Shown one piece after another: positions 12,101 to 24,840 of a DNA stretch of 64,000 nucleotides (the stretch's first letter is position 1; each line of letters opens with the position of its first letter). The position numbers and the translations under genes are program-made. The stretch lies in NCBI GenBank assembly GCA_905178155.1, contig CAJINV010000007.1, positions 3,862,265 to 3,926,264 on the forward strand, given 5' to 3'. Origin of the DNA: Amoebophrya sp. A120 (taxonomy: Eukaryota > Protista > Dinoflagellata). Below the pieces are notes generated by a model. That model made no database searches, was not told the DNA's origin, and saw only the letters and a program-made list of their open reading frames with translations.

Positions 12101-15100
12101 GGTGACATCGTGATTGACCAAGGCAGCGATGACACGGACGACGATGCGGAGGACTACGATCCCTACAGCTTCTTCGAGGGCAAACACGAGGCCGTAATCC
12201 CCCCGTCCGATCCCCCTATCGTTCCAAGAATCCCGGCCGCAACGGACACGCCTTCCGCATCCTCCGCCTTTTCCGCCGGGACCCGGCAGTCCTCCGGAGC
12301 TGCGGCAGGGCCTTCCTTCCTCCCGGGGCAAAGACCGGAATCGCCGCCCAATCTCCCCGGACAGTCCTCGTCGTCACGCGCGATTCCGGGCCTGGGAGCG
12401 GGAACCATGAAAAAGGATGGCTCGGTGGCCAAAATGTTTGGCGCCGCGCAGAAGCGGGCGAGCGATGAATTGCAAGCTGGGGTTGGAGACGAGAGGGATT
12501 CCACCGGGATTTTGAAGCGCAACATCTCGCAAACTTCGAGTGCCATGCTATCCAATTCGGGATCCGGAACGAGTGGCACGAACACCAACACGCAGCCGTC
12601 CTTCGGAAAGCTGCCCTCGATCCTCCGCAGAACCAAGACGATCAAATCCGCCCTGCACCACGGCCGGGAAAAGCGCTACCCCGGCGACAACCCCAACACG
12701 GAGGCACTGTGGGGCGACACAAATGTCCGATACGGGGGCAGTTACAGTCCGGACAAGAACAGGAAATTGTTCGTCAAAGACAGTCACGGTTCGGCGAAGA
12801 AGGAGCAGAGGCAGCGCGACAAGGACGAGCAGACCACCGCCTGGGGCGGAAAAGCCCACGTGGCGGAGAAAAGGCAGCGCTTTGATTACAAGGCGAAGAT
12901 GAAGTGCGCACTGATGAAAATCAAACTTCTTCGCGGGATGGGCAACGCGAAGAATCTCGAGAGAGAGCAGCAAGAGCACCAGGCGAAGCTGATGGTGTTG
13001 CCGAAGGCGTTGGTGGACGAGAAATTTCTGGATGAGACAAAAGCGATTTCCGAGATGAAAACGCTGCAGCACCGACGGGAGTTGACCAATGTCATGCGCG
13101 AGGAGATCTACGCGAAGACGAAGCCCTACTTCAAATCGAGGGGAAAAAGGCGGAACAGCTTCCACGTACTAGACCCGTTCACCGGGTTACCTCTTATTGA
13201 CACGGACGGGGAGAGGGATTCCAATTACACCGATTCCGACGAGGAAGTAGACGTCGCCAGCCCGGACATCACCGCTAAAGAACGGAGGGTCAGGCGCAGT
13301 CCGAAGAAACCGGCAATCGTCCTCGGAAATATGAAGCCGGGAAGTGCAGGTAGTGCTGGTCAACCCCCAGGCCCATCACCCACGGACAGCAACGAGCAAA
13401 CCGTTTTTGACTCCGAAGACGAGGAACCAGCGCACCGGAGACTGTTGACATTTCAACAGTTGAGGGGAACGGCGATGTACTACACGCAGATGCGGAAAAC
13501 CGAAGAGTTCGAAGCAGAAAATGTGGATCAGAAAGTCATGAAAAGAAGGGAAGCCAAAGACGGAGTCAAACTCGCGAGTTCCAAAGTCATCGTGCCGGGA
13601 ACCGACAGCGCCAGTGAAGACGAGGTGGAGAGGAAAAGGAGAGTGATGAGGTACTACTTGAAGGCCACCTCTATGTGTTTTTTGGTTGTTTCAGACAATG
13701 TCATTTGATTTACGTGTAAAACAAAAACTTGTGATGTTGCGGTTGTAGAGCTGCCCTGCATTCATAACGATTTTTCAGACATCTCGTGCGAAAAAATATG
13801 CGCAAATTTCTGTCAGCCGCAAGGCCCGGAAGAAGAAATCCCAGATCGTTTCCATGGAGAAGAAAATGGAGGAGCGGCGACTGCAGACCTCCGACCACCT
13901 GTACGAGACGATGTGCGGTTTCGTCGAAATCAGCGGCGAAACCCGGGAGCGAATGCTGAAGCAACTGCTGGGGCACAGGGAAGTCCTTCCCGGGGAGCAG
14001 AATTTCTGCCAAGCGAGCTGCTGCTACATCAGCTACCGGTTTTTTTCCATGCTCGAAGTGATCTCGTCCTTTGAAGTCAGTGCGCGCATGACGGAGGAGC
14101 GCTACATGGATTTGTTCTTCGGGGAAAATTCGGCCGACAAAAAGTTCCAAATCGGTTCCGTCGCGATCACGAGAAGAATCCACGAGATTCTGGATCTAGC
14201 GGATGTGGACCCCCCGAAACCCCCGCCGATCAACAGTCTGGCTCTGGTCGACCAGTCCAACACGGATGTCGGGACCAGGTTGGCACCCTTCAAAAACTTC
14301 GCAACGACGGAGGAAAGGATTGTGGCGGACGAGTGGGGGAACTTGAAACTAGAGGTCGTCCCCCACACACAGTCGGATGACTTCAAATTGACGAAGTTGA
14401 TGGTGAAGGACGATCTGATATGCGTTGCAAAAGTATCGTACTAGTAGGAATAGCATGACAAATTTTTCCAGGAAGAAAAATAGGATTTGTAATGCTGATT
14501 CACCTATTAAGATAGGAGATTTGTCATGCACCATCACAGCAATTACTACGAGTGCGATACTTTTGCAATGCATATCTGAAAACTTTGTCCAGTCAGCAGC
14601 ACTACTGCTACGTGCAGCCGGGGTCGGAGCAGGGGAAGTTGGATTTCTTGTTGTCCTTGGTGCAAAAATCGCGGGACATTTGGGGCAAAGCGCGGAAGAA
14701 GTTCGAGCCCGAGCTGAAGCAGTTCATCAATCACCAAGTCCCGAAAATACGGGTCGACTTGGACCAGCCGATAGTGGCGGATGTGTTTGAGAAAGTCCGC
14801 GACGAGATCGAGCGCACGGTCCAGCAGGACCGGTTGATCGACCTGGAAAGACTGGAGATGGAAAGAGAATTCCACAAAATGCGGGTCGCGAGACGAAAGA
14901 AACAGGAGGAGGACCGGCGGGAGGAAAGGAGAAGACGAAGGGAAGAGAAAAATCTCTCGAAAGAGCAGAAGTCCCTTCTCGAAGCGTCGCGACAGAGCAG
15001 CAACCCCTACAGTAACTACGACAAGTCGCAAAAATTGGACAACGGAGTGATCGGCGGTGCCGGCTGGCAGCAAAGAATTACCCTGTGCAAAAGTATCGTG

Positions 15101-18100
15101 CTGGTATTGCAATCATGCGTGACAAATCTTTTCCTCAAGGTAAATCAGCATTACAAATTTTATTTCTTATGCTGAGGAAATTTGTGATGCATTTATACGA
15201 GTGCGATACTTTTGCACTGCATAAGAATGTCGGATTTACAAAAGGAAAGGGACAACGAGGATGAGAACACGTCTTTGATGCACACGCTGAACACGACCGG
15301 GTTTCACCCAAATCTCGGCGATCCGAGAAGGAAAGAGCTGGTTTTGTCAGATAAAACGCTGGAAGAGTTGGAAGAGGACTACAAGGAGCAGTACGAAGAC
15401 CTGTCCCCCGCGAATAGGCGGCAGAGGCAGTTCGTCATCGAGCAGACGAAACAAAGAAGATTTATGGTCGGGATCTTCTACCAGAACTCCTTCTTCCAGC
15501 CCGGGCACCAGATTTCCTACTTTTTGCAATACCAGCACGGCGACGGAGATAAAGGGCTGAAGGTGGTGATCGACCGGAACCGCGCGGCAGATTTCGTCAC
15601 CATGTACTTGGAGATTGCCTATGCATTGCAAAAGTATCGTACTCGTATGAATTATGCGAGTCTAGCATTACAGAGCTGCTTTCTTACCTGAATCTGCATG
15701 ACCAATTTCATTTTTCTTCTAGGAAAAATTTGTGATGCAATTCGTACTAGTACGATACTTTTGCATTGCATATTGCCAACGCAAAGGCAAAACTCGAGTA
15801 CTTCAGCAACTACGAAGAGACTTTAACGAAGATGCTGCGCGACGGCGGAAACCGAATTGTCACCTCTGCGAACACGGTGTTCGACCGAATCCTACGGCAG
15901 CTCAACCTCGCGAAGCAGTTGCTCCAAGCGTCCGAGTTACTCGGGATTCCGGACCCGGAGCAGGAAGTGCGAAGGTTGCGGAGAGAGCGAGAGGAACGGC
16001 GAATAGAGGAAGACGAATATCATATCCTGTGTAAAAACTACGTCTTCACCGTGCAGATTTGTTTCCACAGGATCTATCAGGAACACTTGTAACGCACGTC
16101 CCCATGAGGGGGACTTCTGAGTTCCGACTAGTGTATTGAAATTTTGAAACTTGAGGATTTGTATTGCAGATTTCCCATCGTGATTCTAGATAAGGCCAAG
16201 GCACCTTTTTACTCAGGATATAGCAGGAGGCGCGGAGATTAGCCGGTCCGGGCGAGGACACGCCATTCGACGAGGATGAAGGAGAAGAGGAAGAAGATTC
16301 GGAAGAGGTACTTTATTGATTCAACGGAAACTGATCCTGGACTCGTCGCTAGCGCGGTACTAGTAGAACACTCCATCAAGAAATACGCATTGCACTCCTA
16401 AAGCGCAGAGCTTTTCTTTGACAGTTTGTGACACCATCGTGCATAACTTTCTTCAGGATGGTATCAAGCGAGTATATGCATTTTGGTATTTTTCACGTTT
16501 GTGGCACCGTCGTGAGTAATGTTACGCACCATGATGCTGCGCTCGAGGGGTGTTTGGTACCGTTTAAGCGAGATCATCTGTAACACGCTGGTGCATGGTC
16601 CAATCAAGCTGCGTACTATGAGATCGGCGATAAAGAAACAAGCGAAAAATTTTACACTTACCAGTGCTGCTGCTGGTAGGTTCATCTCCATAAAATCGCA
16701 CGTAACGAGCTCTCCTCTTTAGTAGATCAACCCTCCGCAAGAAGGATGTTGCCCGACTCGTCTGCGCTCAAATCAGTTGGCCTTCAACTGAAAAGCTAGC
16801 ATGCGCAACGCTTACCACGACGTCTGTCAGGATAAACAACTGATGAACATCTGCTCAGTTGCTCATACCATCGCGCAAAAGATCATCCACGACGTTGTTC
16901 TTAGTCTATTTTTATGCAGCTGCAGTGCCGTGCTGCATAACTTTGTACACGATGGTATCATGGTATTTACATTTCGCAGCAATCTCGCCAGGCAGTGCCG
17001 TCGGTACTAGCAGCTAGAACTCGAAGCAAATTATTTAACGTGTAGGTGCTGCTTTTTATGCAAAAGACCGTCCCGACCTGAACTACCTAAACGTTCATTT
17101 ATTACAGGAGGAAGGGCAGTCCACGGACCTGGACAGCACGGATCCAGAGGACCTGGACGAGGAGGAAGAGCCGGAGGATTTCGACCTTTCCGTGCTCCTC
17201 CCCCCCATTCACCCGCCGAGGGAATTGAACGAGAAGAACCTGCGGAGGGAAGACCTGGAGCGGAAGCTTTCCCCCGAGAAACCTCGCCCGTATCCTGAGT
17301 AAAAACGTGCCCACACCAGAGTCAGGATGGGGATTTTGCAACACAAACCTAGGCGCATGACAAGTTGCACTCTGCAGTGTAGTGCAGGTTAGCAAGTGCA
17401 GCCGCGTCACAGATTCATCTGCTCATCCTGTTCACAGCATCACAAATTTCAAAACACGACTGGAAATGGGTCTCATGGGGATGCGCATTGCAAGTCTTCC
17501 TGTCTTTGCAAATCTGCATTACAACTCTGGCGTGGGTACGTTTTTACTCAGGATAGCCCGAAAATGATCGCCAACCCGGACACCGGCAAGGAAATATTGG
17601 CCGCGCCGAGGGGGATGAAGAAGCGCATGCAGAAAGCCTTGATAGTTGAGTCGGTCTCCGGGTTCCGGGCGCAAGACAAGGCAGCCAACACCGTTCCCGA
17701 CCTGTTGGACTCGCCGGAAGTGTTAAGCAGTCGGGGGCCGAAGTCCAGTATTGATTACGATGAGGACGATATCATGAGAAAAAAGCGTTACAGTTGTTAC
17801 ACATTTGTACTAGGGAGTTCAGCATCACAAACCTGTCTTACATGTTGACAGAGAAAGTTTGCAATGCATATGCAGAGACCATAAGGGAAAACACGTATGA
17901 ACCAACGCTCCTATGCATATCCGGCATGACAGAACTTGTCTGTATTGCATCTTCGCCTGCAAGACAGTGTGTAACTGTAACAGTTTTTTCCTGGCATAGA
18001 CGAGCTGGAGTTCCCGATCATTGAGGACACCGTGGACCTGCCGATCCCGGTCTCCAAAGTGATGATAAAGAAGCAAAAGAGGCTGGAGAGGGAGGAGCAA

Positions 18101-19630
18101 GGGCGGATCAAGCGGGAGGAGGAGGAATTATTGAACCGGAAGAAGGGCAAGAAGGGCATGAAAAAGGACCTGGCGAAGATGATTGGTACGGGACAAGTGT
18201 CCCACATCTCGCAGCAGGAGAGTCAGATGACGGGGGGGAAAATGAGCAACATGAAGGATAGCCGGCAGAGCGGGTTGGAGGAAGAGGATGAGGAGGACGT
18301 AGACGACGTGGGCGATTTGGATTTCTCGAAAATGCGGGTCGGCGTGAAGAAAAACTTGAAGGAGATGAATACCACGGCTAAATCCTCGAACGTGGTGCCG
18401 TTCCGCAAAGACCCTCTAGAAGAGGCCGAGGATGATCCCTACGGCGAGGAGGAGGAGTTCGCGTCTCTGTTCAGCGAAAACGACCGCCCGGAAGAGGGGT
18501 TGGACCACATTGAGGAGGCCGCGGAATCCAGCTCGTGTCCGTCGGACTACGAGGGGAATCGGCAGGAGCTGGACTACGAAGCGACCATCGGGGACGAAAC
18601 GAAAACGTTAGTCGCACAGGAGGCCTTGCGGGACCAAAAGAACGGCGCGCCGATCCTCGCACAGGACATCCAGGCGCTCCTCTATCCAGGAAAAAACACC
18701 CATCCCCATCCAATTTGTCATGCAAAACATGCATAAAATCCACTGTTTGTCATGTAGAAAATGAATGGGGATGCTGGGTGTTTTTTCCTGGATATCCTCC
18801 AGCTCGCGAAGATGCGACAGCGGACGAGCTTACTTCTGGACGTGAACATGAAAAAGCTGCGCGTCCCGTCCGCCGCCCGGCAACTGGCGATTTTCGAACA
18901 CTGGAACCCGCACTTGGACCCGAATCCACGGAGTCTGTTGGGCTTGCTCTCCATGCACTTCTTCGCGCCCCCGAAGTTCTACCAAACCGAACACGAAGCG
19001 AGATACGCAGTAGAGGCAACCAGGCTGCAGGCTTTGGAGGTGGCAAAGACCACTTCTACTACCGAGTTGGAAATGTTAAACTACAAAACGCAGCTCGCTG
19101 TAAATCCTCTACCAGAACAACTTTCTGCATTCGCCGAGAAGCAGCAGAAACTGCTGGAAGACCGGGAAAAAAGCTTGAAACTGCCACCGATAGGAGGAGT
19201 AGCCTCTGTAGCGAACAAGAACAAACCTGTAGGCGGTGGAAGTAAGACGGTGGTCCCGCCCATTCCAACGCATTCCATCCTATCGAACAGTGGGTCGTCG
19301 CTTTCTGCGGTGGTGCGGGTGGAAGATGACAAAGGGTTGGCGATGCAAGACTCCACCAAAGTTCCGGAGGAGGAGAAGATGCTGCGAAACTGCAATCGTT
19401 ACCTCTACGACGTCTCCAAGTCCCAAGACCCATTCGCCACAGTTTTCGCCGACACGCTGGAAGACCTATCCTGTAAGCTGATGCGCTTCGAGCACCGCCA
19501 CGTCGGGTTCGAAATGGTGGCGCACGCCTTCCCCGGCAATTTTGACTTTGCCAGCGGCTCGCGGACGGACCAAGCGGACATGCTCTGCCTGCTGGCGCTC
19601 TGCAAAATGGCCTCCACTTTTGGCGATTGA
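6149..19630 (+). CDS. Very large multi-exon protein of unknown function (K/E-rich, coiled-coil-like)
   Basis: ORF fragments join in frame after removing 15 introners plus GT/GC-AG introns (6188-6355, 8088-8251, 11816-12001, 13664-13823, 16308-17107; ~7158-7395 unresolved). No family motif recognised; could be more than one gene. Confidence 0.65.
6890..6998. mobile_element. Introner family B (109 bp), TSD AAACC
   Basis: TATCCGCTGAAAATTAACCATCCCCA ... TGGGAATGGTCAATTTTCACGGAATA. Diverged relative of 7642/18683/41969. Confidence 0.85.
7642..7750. mobile_element. Introner family B (109 bp), TSD GGGAA
   Basis: Perfect 30-bp TIR TATCCAGGAAAAAACACCCATCCCCATCCA. Removal gives KRELRDM. Confidence 0.95.
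7784..7933. mobile_element. Introner family A, TSD AAATT
   Basis: TATGCTGTGCAAAAGTATCGTA ... TACGTTACTTTTGCAATGCACA. Removal gives RRNFELQF. Confidence 0.9.
8350..8570. mobile_element. Decayed introner family A
   Basis: TATGCATTGCAAAAGT ... ACTTTTGCATTGGATA. Flanks CAAAA/GAGAA; frame restored. Confidence 0.75.
8938..9148. mobile_element. Introner, TSD GAATC
   Basis: TATCCAAGGAAAAAACATTGT ... ACAACGTTTTTTTCTTGGATA. Removal gives LNQELED. Confidence 0.9.
9261..9512. mobile_element. Introner family C, TSD GCAGT
   Basis: TATGAAATGCAAAAATGTCTGGGTCTGGAA ... TTCCAGACCCAGACATTTTTACAATCCATA. Confidence 0.92.
9851..9998. mobile_element. Introner family A (in frame, stop-free)
   Basis: TATGCATTGCAAAAGT ... 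ACCTTTGCACAGCATA. Flanks GGGAG/AGGAG. Confidence 0.85.
11526..11682. mobile_element. Introner family A, TSD GCGCT
   Basis: TATCAAATGCAAAAGCATCGTACT ... AGTGCGATACTTTTGCAATGCATA. Removal gives YWRYEAYNF. Confidence 0.92.
14419..14574. mobile_element. Introner family A, TSD TCTGA
   Basis: TATGCGTTGCAAAAGTATCGTACT ... AGTGCGATACTTTTGCAATGCATA. Removal gives DDLKTL. Confidence 0.92.
15079..15223. mobile_element. Introner family A, TSD AGAAT
   Basis: TACCCTGTGCAAAAGTATCG ... CGATACTTTTGCACTGCATA. Removal gives QQRMSD. Confidence 0.9.
15620..15772. mobile_element. Introner with family A TIR, TSD TTGCC
   Basis: TATGCATTGCAAAAGTATCGTACT ... AGTACGATACTTTTGCATTGCATA. Removal gives EIANAK. Confidence 0.92.
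16023..16220. mobile_element. Introner family D
   Basis: TATCCTGTGTAAAAA ... TTTTTACTCAGGATA. Flanks TATCA/TAGCA. Confidence 0.85.
17291..17555. mobile_element. Introner family D, TSD GCCCG
   Basis: 32-bp TIR TATCCTGAGTAAAAACGTGCCCACACCAGAGT with 2 mismatches. Confidence 0.93.
17770..17998. mobile_element. Introner, TSD GACGA
   Basis: TATCATGAGAAAAAAGCGTTACAGTT ... AACTGTAACAGTTTTTTCCTGGCATA. Removal gives DEDELEFP. Confidence 0.88.
18683..18794. mobile_element. Introner family B, TSD TCCTC
   Basis: TATCCAGGAAAAAACACCCA TIR. Removal gives QALLQLAK. Confidence 0.95.
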
Positions 19631-20929
19631 GCGCAGGTCGTTTGGTGTAGGAGTTCGTTGCACTTGCGCGACTCCTTCTCTTGTCTATTCGTAGCCCTAT
19701 TTTCGATAATTGAAGCACGGTTTAGTATAGTACAACGTCAACAAATAAAACCGAAAACGTTACAAGTTGAATTTCCTGCAATTGCCTTCATGAATTTGTT
19801 TTTATAGTACCTTGAATGTCAGACTTGAAAAATCTGTGCCGCACCTTCTACGAGCCTCGTTAGGATGGGTGATCGGCAACTTCTACAATACGAAATGTAC
19901 TGAAAACTTGACTGTCACGAGCACCGCCGAAATGTCACTTTATGCTTTGGCTTTTTGTATCTAGCTTCTTCGAGAATTCATTTTTGTAAAATCATGTCCT
20001 CAAAATTTTTTGTCAACTTCAACCTGTCAACACTACTGTTGACCCTCACCAAACTGTATCTTCAAGTTGACTGCAACTTACTTCAAATTGGTGCTCGAAG
20101 CTTTGGCGCTTTCGAAATGCGACGTACTGTATGATGCATAATTTGAACAGGATCGTACTTGACGACACACAAAAAAGAACAAGATGCAAAAGAACTTTTA
20201 TCCGTCTTCGGGATAGGCGTTTTGCTTTTTGCGAAGCAAGCCGGTCGGCTGCAAGAAACTCGTTTACTGGGGTTCTTCATTTCGTACGTTGATATTATGA
20301 ATGTAGCTGGTCCACCGTGTCCCTGAACAAACACGCTCCCGCGCCACATAAACAGTGCCTCTATTATTTTCTTCGAACTACAACCAAGAAGAAAAACAAA
20401 AACAGAAAAACTGCACTGGTGGTCGATGTCAGCTTCACGATTTAGCAGCAGTGCTGCGCCGCCACCAGCAAGGAGCCACGTTTTTTTTTTTTCGTTTCTT
20501 TGCAATAAATAAAACCAAGTCTGGGTCGAAACCGAAATTTATTCATGTAAATACACATTGGGTGAAAACTAACAGCACAACATGACTATTCAGACAGTGC
20601 TGGTACACTTAATCAGCGGTCTGAAGTTGAAGGAGAAGGTGTAACCATGGTAGCGCAGAATGAGCACAGAAAGACCATCTGACGGTGATCATTTTGGTTC
20701 TCTGCAGCTAGCCCTGCCAGGACCGAACCTAAATCCGTCTGAAAATCTTATCCACTACGGCCGCGTCTTCAAGGGACAATGACAATTGTGTGACTGTATG
20801 CACCAGGAAAGAAGACGGAGTACTGAAAAATTTCCCACCGGTTGCAGCCACGATTTTCCTTGATTCCTTCCAGTTGCACTTTCAGCACGACGACAGAAGA
20901 GTCCCAACCTTTTCTCCCGTCTGTCCGCG

Positions 20930-23894
20930 ATGGTCGACCTTTTCTCCCGTCTGACCGAAAAAGTCTCGAAACTCACCGAAAAGGGGCTTTCCCTCTTTCA
21001 AGACCAAGAAAATGCCGTGCTATCGCACAACAATCACGCTGCGGGGACCGCCACGGGTGGCCGACCGCTTCTTCGCCAAGTGTCCCGACGCTTGCTCTGC
21101 ATGGAATACCCAGGAACATCGCAGAAAGTTGCCTGCTACCTAGCGGACGCGCTGAACAGGCTGTACAGCATTTTTTGACGCAGCACGATGTTGTTGTGTA
21201 AGCTGTAAGTACTTACCTCTTTATCTTTTCTTCTGTCACTTTCTACCAAGGACAAGGAGCACTACGCGGCGCAAATTTAGATGCTGGTATCGCAGTTGGA
21301 CATCATGAGAGAATTATTTTTTCGTTCCCGGCGCGGGCGCATCTGGACATGAAAAAAAAACACATTTGAAAACGGCTAAAAATCCAGGTACGGTGCTTCC
21401 TATCTGATCGTGAACATGAGTGAGCGGCAGTACGACACGGGTATGTTCCTCGGCTGCGTCCATAACGTTTCCTACCGCGGGTTTCCCAGCCCGCCACTCC
21501 TAATCGCGCTGCAGGTGTGCCATTTTTTGGTCCAGTTTCTGCAAAAATCGGAGAAGATATCAAGCAAAAAAGTGTTAACGTTAACGGTTTTGTGGCATTG
21601 CAGTCATGCATGACAAATCTTCGCTATCATGCATGCTATGCAATACAAATTTGGGCATCATTTCTCGTGCATTCCTGCATGCCAAATTTCGTTAACGTTA
21701 ACACTTTTTTGTGTGATAGAAGAACGTCGTGGTAATTCACTGCTTCCGGGGCTACGCCCGCACCGCCCTATTCCTCGCGATGTTTGTCGCCTACTTCTCG
21801 AACCGGGAGGCAACGGAAATTCTGGAAAAAATGGCGGTCAGTCGCCTGTGTCCGTTTTTCTCCCTGGACACCCTGCTGCCTTCGCAAAGAAGGTATTTGG
21901 TGTACTGGAACACGGTCTTGGCAAAAATGCGGACGCGAGACGGAAACGGTGTCGTGGTGGGTGGTTTTCATAGTGCAGCAGGGAATAGCGATCAGACACA
22001 AAATGCGCGAAGTATACAAGAACACGAACAGCAGGAGCAGAGCAGCAAACCTCCACTGTTGATGAACCTGCAAAGCGAGAAGTTTTTGCAAAAAGTGACG
22101 TTGGTCTTCAAAACCAGAACTCAGGATGCGGAAAAAGCGACCAGAACCACCAGCGCTGCCAAATCCTTGCTTAGTGCAGTCGGCGCGGAAATCGGCCGTG
22201 CAACCGGGACTTCTAAAACATCGGTTTTAGGGACATCAACAACAACAAAGCCGAGTGTAGTTCTTTCCAAGTCGAGCACAACCAGCTGTAAGCCCATCGT
22301 CCCGCCCGGAGCTTATTGCTTAGAACTCTGGAGCCGGGGTGAGTGGGAGTTTCAACCGACCAGGCACATCGATCCGGTGGACTTGTTGCACAGTAACACC
22401 GGAAGTTGCAACAGCCCCAACTACGCAACACGCACAGGCTCGCAACGTTTTCCGTCGACGAAGCTTGCGTGTGCGGCAACTACGAACTCTTCTATTGCGG
22501 CAACATCACCATTACCAAGTTCATCTTGCACAACTCCCGCCCAGCAGAACCACACGCCCTCCTTACTGAAGAAATCGCACCTGTTGTCCCGGCCAGTGAG
22601 GTTGTTTCCAGCACTGAAAGTGGAGGAAACTACTACACTTGGAGGGGACGAGGTGGAAGCAGCAGCTGCAGCAGGGGTCTCGTTGTCGTCTTCCTCTTCT
22701 TCCATTTCTGTGACGAAAATTCACCTCGAGTTGACCTCGCCACAAGTATTATGCGGTGACGTGCTGATCAGGGTGTTGAGACAGACCACGGAGTCGGAGG
22801 CAAGAGCAGAAATATCAAATCCCGCGTCCGCAGCCCTGTCTCGTCCCCCGACTGGTGGTACTAGCGCTACCGTTAGTAGCAGCGCTGCACTCGCTCCCGC
22901 CAATCACGACGCTCCGACTAGTCCACCTTCCCGCGTCGTCACGAGTAGCAACTACGAACCAGATTACCGCGTCGCGTTGCACACCCTCTTTCTCAACAAT
23001 GACAATACGTCGAATAGTACTACCTCCAACGCGGGACAAGATGGTGCCCTTGACCACGCCAGTGCAACTAGTACTGGCTCTTCTTCCTCTGTCATCTTCA
23101 CCCTTCCAGCATCCGAGGTGGACCTTCACCCCCGGATCCTCACCGAGCAAGACAAACTCCTCGACCGCATTGAGATCAGTTCTTTCTCAAAAAGAAGCTC
23201 CGGTACTACTCGTGCTGGAGGCCATTACGATTACTACAACGAAGACCAGCACTCGTCCTGCGGGAGCTCGTCCTGGGCGTACGCGAACCTGAGCGAGGAC
23301 AGCGACGCCCATTTGGTGGAGGACCCGTTTGAACTGTGCAGTAGCCCGGACAGGCTGGAGATGAACGGGTCCGAGTTCGACGGGCTGGAAAATGATCTGG
23401 CCGAGGTCGATCACGAGTTCGGAACTGATCCAGTCGGCGCTCACGGCGGCTCCAAAGTAGACCTGCTGCACGATAGCGACCTGTTCGAATACAAAATTTT
23501 CAACAGTTGCACAGCAGAAGCAGGGGAGCTACAGGGTGCTTTAGGTTGTAGCACTAGTGCGAGCTTCGTGAACGAGCAGGTGAGTAGTGTACAGGAACTT
23601 GTAGTGGCTGCTGGTGCTGGAGATGAACGACAAGCCCAACGACATCAAGCAGAAGGTAAGAAGACGACACACGACTGCACCGCGACTTTCGCTTCTTTCT
23701 CGTTTTCAACGCCCGCCGCTGTGCCACCTCCACCCGTGGGAGGATCAATGCAGCAGACCAACGCGGATGCGTCCAGTGATCGCCCCTCCGGCTCCTCCGG
23801 GCCACCGGTGCAGCGGCAGGTATTCGTGCAGTCGGATGCGAGAAATCCGCCTAGGTTGCTGTTTTCCCCATCCGGGCCCGGGGGTTCCTCGTGA
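20930..23894 (+). CDS. PTEN/tensin-type phosphatase-domain protein with long Ser/Thr-rich C-terminus
   Basis: After removing intron 21163-21387 and introner 21558-21718: RLLCMEYP, YLIVNMSERQYD, NVVVIHCFRGYARTA, PSQRRYLVY. Confidence 0.8.
21558..21718. mobile_element. Introner family E, TSD GAAGA
   Basis: TATCAAGCAAAAAAGTGTTAACGTTAACG ... CGTTAACGTTAACACTTTTTTGTGTGATA. Confidence 0.92.
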
Positions 23895-24840
23895 AAGATG
23901 CGGAGAGCAGCGGTGCTGCTGGTCGTGGTGGTGGAGACTACTCTTTCATTTCAACCACGTCGTGCAACGAGCGCGCGGTAGCGCGCTGCGTGAGCAGTGG
24001 CAAAGTTCAGTTTTGGAATTTTGACGTCTGACGTCGTATAGATACATCATAGATACGTTTTTTTGAAAGTGTAAAAGTTGGAGTTGCCCCTCATGTACAG
24101 TGAAAGTTGTTTCAGTATGAAAATTTTGTTTGAAAGCTTACGCTTAGTCCACTGATTTTCGCAAAAAGTAACGTTTCGCTCCTTGACATTGACTGTTTTG
24201 TGAAAAGTAAAGAGAGTTATACCGCCCCGCAAGCGCATGCGCAGTTGCCCTTTGGAGCGGCAACTTCACTTTTGGCGCAGTTGCTTTCCTCGGTGTCGGA
24301 AAATGTGAATCCGCGTTTTCGTGTTGTTTACTCGACATTGTTCTTCTTCTGGTCTTTCTGTTTTGATGTATACATCGGTTTGTTTGTACTAGACAAGACT
24401 TTCATGAACTACTGGGACTATATCATCTTGAGGGATCACTGCGTTTTTCGTTCTTGAGCGAGGGACAGAGAATAAATGAAGCGGTAGCACTTTGCCACTC
24501 AGGATGCCACACTGCCAACCAAACCGCTTCTGGTATGCTTTAGTTTCATCTTTCCACGAAGTAGCGCGGAAAGCGAGAGACATCAACCACGCACGGATTC
24601 ATTTTCCACATTCGTGGTTCCGTGCTGCGCCATCCCAAACGTAACGAAAACGATTCCACGGCTCGGAAACGGCAAGGACACACGAAAAGGTCGTGGAGAA
24701 ATAAAGCACCGATATTTACTAAATAAGATGGTGGGCGTTTTTTCGTGGTGCTGGTGTTGTTAATGTTGCGAACGTAAAATTTTTTTTGAGAAATAACGTC
24801 TAGCTACGGGCCGATCGCCTGCTGCCTTTCCGCCAGCACG

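Noticed and set aside
6149-19630. Transposon-riddled pseudogene
   Set aside because: Every resolved insert restores the frame exactly, and the exons show no independent frameshifts or stops.
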